64,000 bases of DNA, from the NCBI GenBank assembly GCA_963749445.1, contig CAVVMJ010000004.1, positions 16,483 through 80,482 of the forward strand. The letters run 5' to 3'. This document shows, piece by piece, positions 1-9,769 of the stretch; position 1 is the first letter of the stretch, and every line of letters starts with the position of its first letter. The notes under the pieces were generated by a model. It worked only from the letters and a program-made list of their open reading frames with translations, ran no database searches and was not told the DNA's origin. The DNA comes from an uncultured bacterium (GTDB lineage Bacteria > Patescibacteriota > Doudnabacteria > UBA920). The position numbers were made by a program, and so were the translations under genes.

Positions 1-248
1 CGGTTTGTTGCAGCTGGACAAAATTATTAATTTTGTCACTGTCGGAAAATCGCTCATCCAGCATAGCCACGGTTAAATGGTCGCCAATAGTTTTTGGCGC
101 TAACGTAATCCAGCATTCCCAAAGCCGAACCGGCTGACAACAGCAATAATATCGGCTTTTCAGCGCTGTCGGCAAGCAGTTGGTTTAGGGCTTCCCCGGC
201 TGCCGCGGCCGCTGCCTCCCGGCTTGACTCCCTGATAGTCTTTATCAT
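1..248 (-). CDS. Partial or truncated ORF resembling the N-terminus of NagB/Pgl-type sugar-phosphate isomerases/lactonases
   Basis: 64-aa ORF MIKTIRESS...LLLLSAGSALGMLDY resembles the N-terminus of glucosamine-6-P deaminase / 6-phosphogluconolactonase (LGLATGSTPLGLY motif region). It ends at a stop at 54, near the window edge. Confidence 0.25.
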
Positions 249-345
249 AAGATAATCTTAACTGATTTTTCAGTTTTTTCAAAGCCAAATTTTTTGAAAC
301 CAACCGGCATTTATTTGCGTATAATAAAGTCGGAAAGGATTATAT

Positions 346-1307
346 TTATGAGAAATAAAAGCCTGGCGACAATTGTTATCATTTTAGTAGTGGCCGCAGC
401 CGGCGGTTTTTGGTATACCCAAAAAATTAACCAAAAACAGGCTAAGGATTTTAACAACAAAATCGCCCTGCTGCAAAAGCAGGTCGGCGCCTTGGAATCC
501 GACATCACCAAAATTGCCAGCAGCACCACCGCTTCGGCTTTGTCCGAGCGGGAACTTGCCAACCGCCAGCAGGTCATCCAAAAATCCCAGGATCAGATGC
601 TCACCGACGCCGTGGCCAAAGTCACGCCGAGCGTGGTGTCCATTGTGGCGTCCAAAGACGTGCCCAACTACCAAATCGTTTACGTTAACCCCTTTGGCGA
701 CGATCCGTTTTTTCAGAATTCCGGCATCCAGGTGCCGGAGTACCAGCAAAACGGCACCACTCATCAGCAAGTGAGCGCGGGCACCGGATTTTTAATCACC
801 GCGGACGGCTTTATCTTTACTAACAAGCATGTGGTCGTCGACGACCAAGCCGATTACACGGTGCTGCTTAGCAGCGGCAAACAATTGCCCGGAAAAGTTA
901 TTTATAAAGATCCGACTAACGACTTGGCTGTAGTTAAAATCAGCGGCAGCGGTTACAGGGCGGTTAACCTGGACGATTCGTCCAAGCTTGCGCTCGGCCA
1001 GACTGTATTTGCGGTCGGCAACGCGTTGGGGCAGTACAACAATTCGGTGTCGGTCGGCGTGATTTCCGGGCTTAACCGCTCCATTGAGGCCAGCGGCAGC
1101 CAGCTGGGCACGGAACAATTAAACGGCGTTATCCAGACCGACGCGGCTATTAATCCGGGCAACAGCGGCGGCCCGCTTTCCGATTTAGACGGCAATGTCG
1201 TGGGAGTTAACGTGGCTACGGTCCAGGGTTCCAACAATATTAGTTTTTCCATTCCCATAAACACGGTTAAGCCGATTTTAAAGAGCGTGTTGGGGAAGAA
1301 TTTTTGA
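346..1307 (+). CDS. HtrA/DegP-family trypsin-like serine protease (S1C), N-terminal membrane anchor, no obvious PDZ domain
   Basis: Motifs GTGFLITADGFIFTNKHVV (His region), NDLAVVKI (Asp) and GNSGGPL (catalytic Ser). The ATG at 346 is preceded by GGAAAGGA. An N-terminal TM helix is followed by a coiled-coil. Confidence 0.8.
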
Positions 1308-1331
1308 TTTTTGATTTTTGATCGATCCGAG

Positions 1332-1431
1332 TTTGATGGGCATCTTCGTGGTTCCACAACCGCTGACTAAAAATTATCAAATGACGATTGGTTGAGGTCG
1401 AGGCTTGTGTTGGCAAGAAGATGCCCATCAA
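1332..1431. mobile_element. MITE-like element copy 1 (~100 bp) with terminal inverted repeats TTGATGGGCATCTTC
   Basis: Left end TTGATGGGCATCTTCGTGGTTCCACAACC; right end GGCAAGAAGATGCCCATCAA, the reverse complement of the left. The internal sequence is shared with the copies at 9624 and, inverted, at 10306 and 48885. Confidence 0.7.
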
Positions 1432-1493
1432 CTTTAATCGAAGTACAAAAAAACTCTCCTTGGACGGAGAGTTTTTTGAATATCGCGATAATG

Positions 1494-2174
1494 TCATTCT
1501 TCAATCGCGAACGGATTGAAATCCGTATCCCGGTCGTAGTAGTCTTCGTGCTCTTTGCGTTTTAAAAAGTTGACCACCGCGTAAGTCAGGGGCGTGGCCA
1601 CCACTTCAAACAAAACTTTAAATACGTAAATCGTGGCCATTAAATTAAACATTGCCGGCAGCGGAAGAACGCCGTAAAAGGCAATTAGCGTAAAAGTAAA
1701 CGAGTCCACTGCTTCGCCCGCAATGGTGGACCCAATTGTCCGGCTCCACAAATATTTGCCCGAGGTCCAGATTTTCATTTTGGCCAAAACAAACGAGTTC
1801 AAAAACTCGCCGGCAAAATAAGCGCACAAACTGGCAAACACCAGCCGCGGCACAAAGCCCAGAATTTGTTCGTAAGCGGCCTGTCCGGTCCAATCCTTGG
1901 CCGCCGGCAAATATTGCACGGCCGCCAAAGTCAATGCCATCATAACTAAGCAGCTAAAACCAATCCAAATTATCCGCCGCGATTTGGCGTAGCCGTAGAC
2001 TTCGGTCAAAATGTCGTCAAAAATATAGGAGATGGGAAACAAAATCGTGCCGCCGTCAAAATTGAACGGGCCAATTCTGGCCACTTTGGCCGAGGCAATG
2101 TTGGAAATAATCAAAACGGCCACAAACAGGCCGCAAATAATGTCGTAGTATTTAAAAATTCTGGTTTGCGCCAT
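1494..2174 (-). CDS. YhhQ/DUF165-family queuosine-precursor (preQ0/preQ1) transporter
   Basis: Polytopic membrane protein with the characteristic ILFPISYIFDDILTEVYGY motif of the YhhQ vitamin-uptake-transporter family. Confidence 0.65.
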   Translation of the reverse strand: MAQTRIFKYYDIICGLFVAVLIISNIASAKVARIGPFNFDGGTILFPISYIFDDILTEVYGYAKSRRIIWIGFSCLVMMALTLAAVQYLPAAKDWTGQAAYEQILGFVPRLVFASLCAYFAGEFLNSFVLAKMKIWTSGKYLWSRTIGSTIAGEAVDSFTFTLIAFYGVLPLPAMFNLMATIYVFKVLFEVVATPLTYAVVNFLKRKEHEDYYDRDTDFNPFAIEE

Positions 2175-2422
2175 ATGGCAATTTTTTGTTGATGGACATA
2201 TTTAGGTAACGCCTATGTGTCATTCCGGAATTTTTGTCTGTCTTTTGCACACATCGGTCAGACAAAAATATCCGGCCTGCCCGCCAAAGCTTCAGCGACG
2301 GCGGGAATCCAGAATTAAGCAATTTCTTGTTTCTGGATCCCCGCATATTTTTCAGGACCGATGTAATCTTTGAACCTGAAAAATTGCGGGATGACAGTAA
2401 CAGGATTAAGCGGATTCGCTTA

Positions 2423-3615
2423 TTAAATAACCACCCTGCGCAAATACGACGGAATCCGCACCAAGACTTCATAGGGAATAGTCTGGCAGATTTTGGCAAT
2501 GTTTTCCACGGAGTTTACGTCAGTCGGATTTGGACTTATCAGGTTTACTTTTTGTTCCAAATGAACGTTGGGCACATCACTTACGTCAATGGAAGTAATG
2601 TTCATGCTCACTCGTCCTAAAATCGGGCAAGCGATATTATCCACCGTAAAACTTCCGGTTCCGGACAGCCTTCTGTCAAAGCCCTCGGTGTAGCCTACGG
2701 GCACGGTGGCGACTTTCATATCGTGGCCAGCGGTAAAGGTAATATTATAGCCAACGCCTTCGCCGGGTTTAAGCGTTCTTATGGAGCTGATTATGGAGAC
2801 CATGCCCAAAGCGGGTTTTAAACCAATTTGGATGTGCGGGGAAAACTTAAAGCCGTACAGGCCGATGCCCAAACGCAAAACATCGGCATCAATATTTTGC
2901 GCAAAGGCCGCGCCGGCCGTGTTGGCCAAATGCTTGAATTTTATGGGTCCGAATTGTTTTCCGCTTCGCCGGCCAGTTTATTCCAAAGCGCGATTTGTTT
3001 TTTGGTAAAATCCGTATTTGCGTTGTCCGCGTCGGCCAAATGCGAACAAACGCCCTCGATTTTGATCAGCGGATTGCTTTTGATGATCTTTATCGCTTCG
3101 GGCAATTCATCGGGCGACAATCCCTGCCTACGCATGCCGGTATCAATTTTCAGATGGAAATTTGCCGCCCGTTTTAAATTTTTATCAATCAGTTTAAGCT
3201 GTTCCAAACTGATTATGGCAAAAGCCGTGTTTTTGAGTTTGTGATGGTTAATGTTTTCGGCCGTAGTGTAGCCCAAAATCAACAGCGGAGTTTTAATGCC
3301 TTCGTGCCTCAATGTCCGCGCCTCAAACAAAGAATCCACCATAAAAAACGGCAAACTCATTTGCCCCCTCTCCCTTTGGGAGAGGGTCGGGGTGAGGGTT
3401 TTGCGATTATAATCATCAAGGATTTTTGCCACCTCCACCAACCCGTGCCCATAAGCGTTGCTTTTTAACACCGGCGCGAATTTTACGTTTGGGCAAAGTT
3501 TTTGGTAAGCGCGCAAGTTATGGAGAATGTTGTCGCGATAAATCAGCACCTCAATCAGCGGCCGGTACGGATCCCGGGATTTTTTGAGTTTTTTTAGTGC
3601 TGATAAAAATGTCAT
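2423..3615 (-). CDS. alr: Alanine racemase, read in two frames (frameshift near 2929-2945) and carrying an in-frame palindromic insertion
   Basis: N-terminal part (3615..2941) has the PLP-lysine motif VLKSNAYGHG. C-terminal part (2929..2423) matches the alanine racemase C-terminal domain. Combined length is ~397 aa. The 21-bp palindrome CCCTCTCCCTTTGGGAGAGGG at 3366-3386 encodes extra residues (PTLSQRERG). Confidence 0.75.
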
Positions 3616-3751
3616 ATGGGTATTATACCCGTTGCTTGGTTTATTGACAATTTTTGTTTTCCGTGTTATTTTAGGGCATTGTACCAGTCTTCCGGCTGGG
3701 GCAATACTTCGTCCCGTTTGAGACGAAAATTTCAAAAAAAGGGGGTTCCTC

Positions 3752-4411
3752 ATGGACCCCGCAGTAAAGAGAAATTTGGAAGACCCTCTCGCGATGTTAC
3801 CGCGCTCAAGCATCGTCGAGTTCAAAAAGGGTCAGCTCATCTACAACAATCGCCAGCCAGCCACTAACATTTATCTCGTGATCGAGGGGAAAGTGAAGGT
3901 CTCGCGGATGGGGGGTGACGGCCGCCAGGTGGTGGTGGATATCTACCAGCCCGACGAGTTCTTCGGGGAGTCGGCGTTCCTGAATCTTTCGCACCGGTCC
4001 GAGCAGGCCATCGCTCTGGACAACACCAGGCTGATGGCCTGGACGACCGAGGAAATCGAGGAAATGATCACGAGCCGGCCGCGCTTGGCGGCAGCGCTGC
4101 TGCAAATCCTCACAAAGCGGTCGATGGATTTCACATGGCGCATCCAGAGCCTGTGTATGGACAATATCGCGCAGCGCCTGGCTCGTTCGCTCATCCTGTT
4201 TGCCGACCGTATGGGGACGCGAGAAAAAGGCAGTCTGGTCCGCATGGCGCCGCTCACCCACGAGCTGCTGGCGCAGTACGTCGGCACGTCGCGCGAAATC
4301 GTAACGCATTACATGAACCATTTCCGGAGAGAGGGCTATCTGGAGTACTCGCGGCAGAGCATCATTCTCGACCGCGATGCCCTGAAGGAGTGGCTGGGGT
4401 ATTATAGCTAG
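3752..4411 (+). CDS. Crp/Fnr-family transcriptional regulator (cNMP-binding domain plus C-terminal HTH); GC-rich, probably horizontally acquired
   Basis: cNMP-binding signature IYLVIEGKVKVS...DEFFGESAF; C-terminal HTH TSREIVTHYMNHFRREGYL. GC content (~58%) is well above the flanking genes. Confidence 0.8.
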   Translation: MDPAVKRNLEDPLAMLPRSSIVEFKKGQLIYNNRQPATNIYLVIEGKVKVSRMGGDGRQVVVDIYQPDEFFGESAFLNLSHRSEQAIALDNTRLMAWTTEEIEEMITSRPRLAAALLQILTKRSMDFTWRIQSLCMDNIAQRLARSLILFADRMGTREKGSLVRMAPLTHELLAQYVGTSREIVTHYMNHFRREGYLEYSRQSIILDRDALKEWLGYYS

Positions 4412-4728
4412 GGGGGCAACGCGCCTCGGCATAAAGGAGGCGCGGCAAAAAACAGATGGAGGGGAGTAGGAGATTCGCAGGCGCGCCGTTTTGAGGGGAA
4501 CGGCGCGTTTGATTTTTTAGACTCAATACGTTACGTTTTTTTCTATCTATCTCGAAGAGTGCAGCCGACCCGTTCGGTCAAACTCAGGATCGCCCTGAGC
4601 GAAGCCGAATGGGCGAGGAGAGATCTATTTATATCGTATTTTAACAGATTTTTCCCTCAGATGCATTCGGTCGAAATGGAAATACTTTTTCTATTTTGTC
4701 GCTGGAGTATTTATTTTCATACATCAAA

Positions 4729-4761
4729 CAAAAACCCCGCTCTTTGTTTCCAAAGCGCGGG
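4729..4761 (-). terminator. Rho-independent terminator downstream of the cold-shock gene
   Basis: On the minus strand GCCCCGCGCTTTGGAAACAAAGAGCGGGGTTTTT: a GC-rich stem followed by a T-run, immediately after the csp stop. Confidence 0.6.
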
Positions 4762-4780
4762 GCTAAAGTTGTAACGCAGA

Positions 4781-4978
4781 TTAAGCGCGCTGGACGTTGA
4801 CCGCGTTCATCCCTTTGGGGGAGTCTTCGGTGTCAAACGTAACAGCGTCGCCTTCCTGCAGTTCGTCAAAAGTGACGCCGACTAAGGCCTTGCTGTGGAA
4901 AAAGAGGTCTTTGTCCAAGCCATCGGCTTTAATAAAGCCAAAGCCTCTGTCGGTTTTCTTTTTGATAATACCGTTCAT
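4781..4978 (-). CDS. cspA: Cold-shock protein (CspA family, single cold-shock domain)
   Basis: 65 aa; the RNP1-like motif GFGFI is present (KKKTDRGFGFIKADG...DLFFH), plus a C-terminal beta-strand region. The size is typical for this family. Confidence 0.9.
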   Translation of the reverse strand: MNGIIKKKTDRGFGFIKADGLDKDLFFHSKALVGVTFDELQEGDAVTFDTEDSPKGMNAVNVQRA

Positions 4979-5299
4979 GAAGTTGAAGTTGAATTTAGAT
5001 TGATAAGAAAAATATATTTGTGAAATTCGACGACTTTTCTATAAATATTTTTTGCCCCATGAGTATAACAGATATGGGGTATCCTGTCAACAGCTTGGGG
5101 AATTGACGGGGATTGATGGGCATCTTCGTGGCAAATGGGTGAAATTGCGAGCCCCGATGCAGAGGGGCGCGGCAATCCCGATACTTAACGGGATTGCTTC
5201 GTCCACCTTCGCTAAAGCTTCGGCGGATAAATCGGATGCACTCCTCGCAATTTCATTTGATAATTTGAGATCTATAACGGAATCGCCATTTTTGTCCGG

Positions 5300-6560
5300 C
5301 GATGAAAGAAGTAGGCAACAATTGCCCCAAAAACCAGTACCAATACCAGCCAAAGGTTGGGTACGTACAGGTTCCACAAATCCCACAGGCTTATCCAGGA
5401 AAGCGAGATTGTGCCGCGTACCGTGGCCACAGTGTCCAGAAAGGTCGCCGGTTTGTTTATTCAATTGATCCAGAGTGTTTTGTTGGTCGCTGATTTGCTG
5501 AGTTTAAGTTAGCCGACCGGTTATTGTAGTCCGAATTTTCTTGTGCCAAACGGTTTTGCAGATTTTTGATTTGGCTTTGTAAGGCCTGTTCCTGGGTCTC
5601 TATTTCATAGGCCCTGCCCAGGGTGCTGGGCGGTTCGTTTTGCAAAGTTTTAAGATTATTGGCGGCGGAATTGATTTGTGCCCGCAATGAGGCAACAGTT
5701 TGGTTATGGCTGATGTTTAGCTGGTTCAGGCCGGCATTAAGCTGGTCCAAAGTTTTTTGTGTATCGTTTTGCTGGTTCTCAATTAAAACTTTCTGTGGCA
5801 GTAGGTTTTCGCTGGACAGAGTTTCCGTGTAAAATCTGGCGCCGGACAGGTTTTTAACCTGAGTTTTAAAAGTTTCCAGTTTATCCGCGGGGATAACAAA
5901 GCTTAAGATAGCCTGCTCTTGGAACTGTTGGAAGCATCCACGCGCCCGTCAAAGCCGCGGACAATAGTTTGCAGCTGCCCGGAAAGTTTTGCACGTCGCG
6001 GGTTTGAATATCGGCTGAATAATCAGTTTTTAACAGTTCGCGGTTGTCGCTGCTGGGTACTTCGGCCGGCGAGGGCGGCGTTGGAGGATAATATTGCAGG
6101 CTGTTATCCGATGACAAATTGGAAGCCATATTTTCCCGTTGCGCGGAATTTTGGTTCATCGGTACATCCGTGCTTGGGGCCATAGGCGGAGATCCGGCCG
6201 CGCTTTTTTGATCCAGATGATTGGCGCTGCCTGCTGCGTAACATCGGCACTTTGGTTTTGCGCCACAGAACCGATGGAAAGTGTTTGCGAAAATTCCTGG
6301 TTAGATTTATCTGCCCCGTTGCCGTTAAGCGAGCCAATCAATAAAACCACAATGGCCAATCCGGTAAAGGCTAAAGACAGCCATGGCAGTTTAAGGGTTG
6401 CGCGATATCATCCGGCTTTACATTTGGGGACAGCTTGCCCAATATTTCGCTTTTCATCACCTGATGGTTTTGGGGCAAAATTTGTTTTGCCCGTCCCCAG
6501 TCAGTTAAGGTTTTTTCAATGTTGTTCATATGGTTTAAGAAACTTATTTAAATTTTTTCC
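5300..6560 (-). pseudogene. Degraded anti-sigma / DUF5667-like gene downstream of the ECF sigma factor; paralog of 54205..55377
   Basis: Fragmentary minus-strand ORFs: a TM-like MAIVVLLIGSL and a coiled-coil with Q/N-rich LQNEPPSTLGRAYEIETQEQALQSQIKNLQNRL. These resemble the intact anti-sigma-like protein at 54205..55377. No single long frame exists. Confidence 0.25.
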
Positions 6561-6673
6561 ATTTCCATCCCGACCGACGACGAGTGCATCCGAGGAGGAG
6601 TGGAGGGATCTGTTATATTAGAAATAGATTCCTCGGCTCCGCTAAAGCTCCGCTCGGAATGGCAAGTAGAAAA

Positions 6674-7259
6674 CTAGGAATCACTTTGAAGCAACAGCAG
6701 ACGTGCCCGCGCTAATGCCCGATGCATCCTCACCCTCACGGCCACGGCATTAATGTTTAAAACGCGTGCGACTTCATTCAGCGGCAAATCCGCAATATAG
6801 CGCAGGCGAAAAAGTTCGCGGTCGTCTTCGGAAAGCCTGTTTAAAAGCTGGTCAACTAAAATTTTATTATCCGGTGTATTCCGGCCATCATCAGCAATAT
6901 CATTTTCAGCTAATTGGCCGGTCAGTTTCGTGCCGTGATTTCTGCCAATGCTGCCGGCATTCGTTTTTGGCAATGGCAAATAGCCAGGAACTTACCGGGT
7001 AGCCCCGGGGCTGGAAACGGGGGAGCGCCTGTATGGCCTTAAGCCAGGTGGATTGCAGCAAATCTTCAGCCAAAGTTTTATTGCGCGTAACATTGACCAA
7101 ATAGCCAAACAGCTTGGGGGTTAAGGCGTCCCATAACATCCCCAAAGCTTCTTTGTCGCCATTTTGGGCTTTTTTCACGAGCGTTAGTTCTTGTTGTTGG
7201 TCCATAGGCTGATTGTAGATCAAATTCAATCTTTTCAATAGGATAATACCCCAAAGCAT
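6674..7259 (-). CDS. ECF (sigma-70 family) RNA polymerase sigma factor, read in two frames (frameshift ~6906-6979)
   Basis: Region-2-like sequence (LVKKAQNGDKEALGMLWD...FAIAKNECR) in ORF 6906..7259. Region-4 HTH (LSEDDRELFRLRYIADLPLNEVARVLNINAVAVRVRMHRALARAR) is in ORF 6674..6979. Confidence 0.65.
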
Positions 7260-7339
7260 GAAAATGTTACAGGGCTATTTTGGGCATAAAAAAATTAAGT
7301 AATTGTTTACTTAATTAAAAAGTTCCAACTTTTTTCATA

Positions 7340-7735
7340 TGGTGGAGATGCCGGGAGTTAAACCCGGGTCCAAAACTTTTTTAGCCTTCCAATTATTCAC
7401 AAGATTAGTCAGCTCAATGGCCTTAATGACAGGAGCTGACCAGATATCATCAAGGATGATTTACGTTAGCTTAGGCCTAATCGGTGCAAATCAAACCGAT
7501 TAACGTGCAGCCCCTAATGAAGCCGCTGATCTATGGTTGGGGCGGACTTTGGGGCGGCGCCCTAACTTAGTATTAAGCGAAGGCAAGTGCCGGAGCTGGC
7601 AAAGGCGTTAGCCAATGCGGCCTTCACTTTAGAAAATGCGTTAGCATTTATTTGAGCCTAATGGTTTTACGAGCGCATTCAGCTGCTCGTCTTGTATATT
7701 GAAAGATGTCAAAGTCCTGTCAAAATCCGTCATCC
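7340..7735 (-). ncRNA. ssrA: tmRNA (ssrA), ~396 nt
   Basis: Minus-strand RNA begins GGGGAUGACGGAUUUUGACAGG (compare E. coli GGGGCUGAUUCUGGAUUCGACGGG) and ends ...GGACCCGGGUUUAACUCCCGGCAUCUCCACCA, a T-arm plus acceptor plus CCA. The acceptor pairs GGGGAUG with CAUCUCC and includes a G3.U wobble (alanine identity). A conserved CUCGUAAAA precedes the tag region. smpB lies 2.7 kb away. Confidence 0.75.
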
Positions 7736-8407
7736 CCACGTCGGAATATATATTATCACAGATTTTGTTTTTGACAAGGCTTATTTTTAGCAGCGATTTT
7801 AAATTGGCGATTTTGCCGTCGGTAATATCCCATTCGTAGATGTCCGTGTTGGCGATGTCCTTGGTCGTGTCTTTGCCGCGGTAAATGCGCGGCATATCGG
7901 GAAAGTGAAACAACAAAAGGCGGATAGGCCCGTTGTGACAAATTATCCCGACGTTTTTGCCCGGATTGTTGGTAATAATGTCCAAGACGGCGCTTACCGT
8001 GCGCTGGCGGACATCATCCACGTTTTCCCCGCCGAACGGGCGGTAATCAAATACCTGCAAGCGCTCCATTTCTTCGTGGTTTGGCAGCAGCTTGTCCCAT
8101 TCCGGAAGCGGTTTGCCGGCCAGACTGCCGAAATCCCGTTCATGCAGCCGCCGGTCGTGGATTACCGGGATGGGTTTTTCTAACCTTTTGTTAATCAGCG
8201 CCGCGCTCTCTTCGGCCCGGTGCAGATAAGAGGTATAAAGACGTCAAGTTTTAGCTGCTTGATTATCGGGATAATCCTCTCCACCTGCATTATCCCGTTG
8301 GTATCCAAATAGTCGTCAATAAAAATGCCCTGCCGGATGTGCTCGGCGTTGCTCGGCGTTTCGCCGTGGCGGATAAAGTAGAGCGTGGTTTGGGGATTGT
8401 CGGTCAT
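7641..8407 (-). CDS. Histidine-phosphatase (phosphoglycerate-mutase-like) family protein, frameshifted; the predicted 3' end overlaps the tmRNA 5' end
   Basis: N-terminal fragment (8407..8195) has the RHG motif LYFIRHGETPSN. The downstream fragment (8069..7641) has VGIICHNGPIRLLL, typical of the PGAM/SixA superfamily. The true stop is probably upstream of 7735. Confidence 0.5.
7745..7776 (-). promoter_or_regulatory. Candidate sigma-70-type promoter for ssrA
   Basis: On the minus strand TTGTCA, a ~16-18 nt spacer, then TGATAATAT (extended -10), ending ~10 nt upstream of the tmRNA 5' G. Confidence 0.4.
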
Positions 8408-8414
8408 TAGAGAA

Positions 8415-8795
8415 TTAAGAATTTTGAATATAGAATTTAGTTTTTTTGATTATTCCGTGGAGCAATTTGCTTAGTTCTGTGTAGGAGCTTTCCATGTTTG
8501 ATAAGTCGGTCGCAGTAATATAACCAAGTTTTTCCGAAAATAGAAGTTGGCTTTGGATTTCCGTTAAGGAACCAAGGGCGATCGAGTAAAACTGCAATTT
8601 TTCCTTGTATGACTGTCTGCTGAAACCTTCGGCAATATTTGAGTTTAAAGAAACAGCTGCCCGCCTTAATTGTGAAGTTAAGGCAAACAGCTCTTCTTTG
8701 GGAAACGATTTTGTAAGTTTATATATTTCTAAACCAAGCTTGAAAGCCGACTGCCAGACTTTAAGATCCGTAAATGATTTAATGGTTTTTTCCAT
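8415..8795 (-). CDS. Four-helix-bundle protein of the '23S rRNA-intervening-sequence protein' family
   Basis: FTDLKVWQSAFKL...IY..T..FPKEE.F.LTSQLRRAAVS...NIAEGFSRQS matches the TIGR02436/PF05635 signature. Length 126 aa. Confidence 0.8.
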   Translation of the reverse strand: MEKTIKSFTDLKVWQSAFKLGLEIYKLTKSFPKEELFALTSQLRRAAVSLNSNIAEGFSRQSYKEKLQFYSIALGSLTEIQSQLLFSEKLGYITATDLSNMESSYTELSKLLHGIIKKTKFYIQNS

Positions 8796-8830
8796 TGCAA
8801 TCCAAAATTCTAAATTCCAGATTCTGTATT

Positions 8831-9248
8831 CTATTTTCTGGATTTTTTGCGGGATTTTGCGGCCGGCGCTTTAGGCAAATGCTTGGCAATGTTTTTCCAG
8901 TGGCCGCGCAGTTCCCGCTTCAGAAGTTCCACTTCCTTGGGGCTGGCTTTTTCCAGTTTTTTGTATTTGGCCACGACTTCATCAATGGCTTGCTGATAGG
9001 TTTTTTGGCTCAGGGTCTTCATTTGCTCCAGCTGCTCCATAACTTCGCCTTTGGCTTTAACGGCCCAAGTTTTCATATGTTTTCGGTGCTTTGAGGCTTC
9101 TTTGCTGCCGTAAAAATAATAAGCTGCCGGCCGCGGCGGCCAACGCGGCCAAACCGGTGGCGGTTTTTACGAGCGGATGGGTTTTGTGTGCCGTTATAGT
9201 GCTCCTTTTGTATAATCTACTAAATAGACAAATCCAGAAAATATACAA
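8831..9248 (-). CDS. Hypothetical small protein: N-terminal TM segment plus basic coiled-coil C-terminus; frames joined by an apparent indel
   Basis: ORF 9057..9248 encodes a TM helix (TGLAALAAAAGSLLF). ORF 8831..9076 encodes a Lys-rich coiled-coil ending KSRKKSRK. No recognisable family. Confidence 0.3.
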
Positions 9249-9323
9249 ATTACTAAAAGTCCGAAATACGAAACGGCCGATTTGGATTTGTATATTAGTT
9301 TAATATTTTTATATTTCGAATAG

Positions 9324-9587
9324 TTATTTTTTACTTTTTTTATAAATGTTGCTAAAAAAGCTGCTTAAAAATTTGAATTTCGCGCCCTGTTCTTTGACAT
9401 TTTGCCGCAGTTCCGACAATTCGCCGGAAATAATATCCGCCTCGCTTTTGGCTTTGTGGGAAATGTATTTGATGTCTTTGAGGATTTTGATCAGGTAAAT
9501 TAAAATGACGGCGAAAATCACTGTTAACACCACCACAGCCACGCTGGTAATAAAGAAAAACACATGCATTTGATAAAAATCGGTCAT
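9324..9587 (-). CDS. Small membrane protein (TM helix plus coiled-coil), DUF948-like
   Basis: N-terminal TM FFFITSVAVVVLTVIFAVILIYLI followed by a charged coiled-coil. The architecture resembles DUF948 proteins. Confidence 0.35.
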   Translation of the reverse strand: MTDFYQMHVFFFITSVAVVVLTVIFAVILIYLIKILKDIKYISHKAKSEADIISGELSELRQNVKEQGAKFKFLSSFFSNIYKKSKK

Positions 9588-9623
9588 AGTTTTTGTATTT
9601 TAGTTGAGTGATTGGTTGAGTTT

Positions 9624-9722
9624 TTAATGGGCATCTTCGTGGCACCACAATTACCAACTAATAACTATCAGATAACGTCTGGTTGAGGTCGGAGGTTGTG
9701 TTGGCAAGAAGATGCCCATCAA
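9624..9722. mobile_element. MITE-like element copy 3
   Basis: TTAATGGGCATCTTCGTGGCACCACAA...GGTTGAGGTCGGAGGTTGTGTTGGCAAGAAGATGCCCATCAA, nearly identical to copy 1. Confidence 0.7.
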
Positions 9723-9769
9723 CTTTCATCATTATATCATATTAAGTATGGGCCGGGAAATCCTGGTAT

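Noticed and set aside
384-1357. Several ORFs (88-134 aa) on other frames and strands overlapping the HtrA gene
   Set aside because: They sit entirely inside a gene that carries a complete serine-protease catalytic triad, and none has support of its own.
2215-2280. The hairpin CCGGAATTTTTGTCTG...CAGACAAAAATATCCGG between alr and the YhhQ gene, as a candidate terminator
   Set aside because: It is a good inverted repeat, but it lacks a following T-run on the transcribed (minus) strand and the loop is long. I kept it only as an unexplained intergenic hairpin.
5052-5468. Two mutually overlapping ORFs (138 aa on +, 125 aa on -)
   Set aside because: Neither has a recognisable domain or convincing start context. 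The region carries a solo MITE end and is probably intergenic or decayed.
7340-7420. A tRNA gene instead of tmRNA at the T-arm/CCA signature
   Set aside because: No matching 5' acceptor strand, D-arm or anticodon arm lies within ~90 nt. The complementary 5' strand GGGGAUG lies ~396 nt upstream and is followed by the tmRNA-specific GGAUUUUGACAGG and CUCGUAAAA elements.
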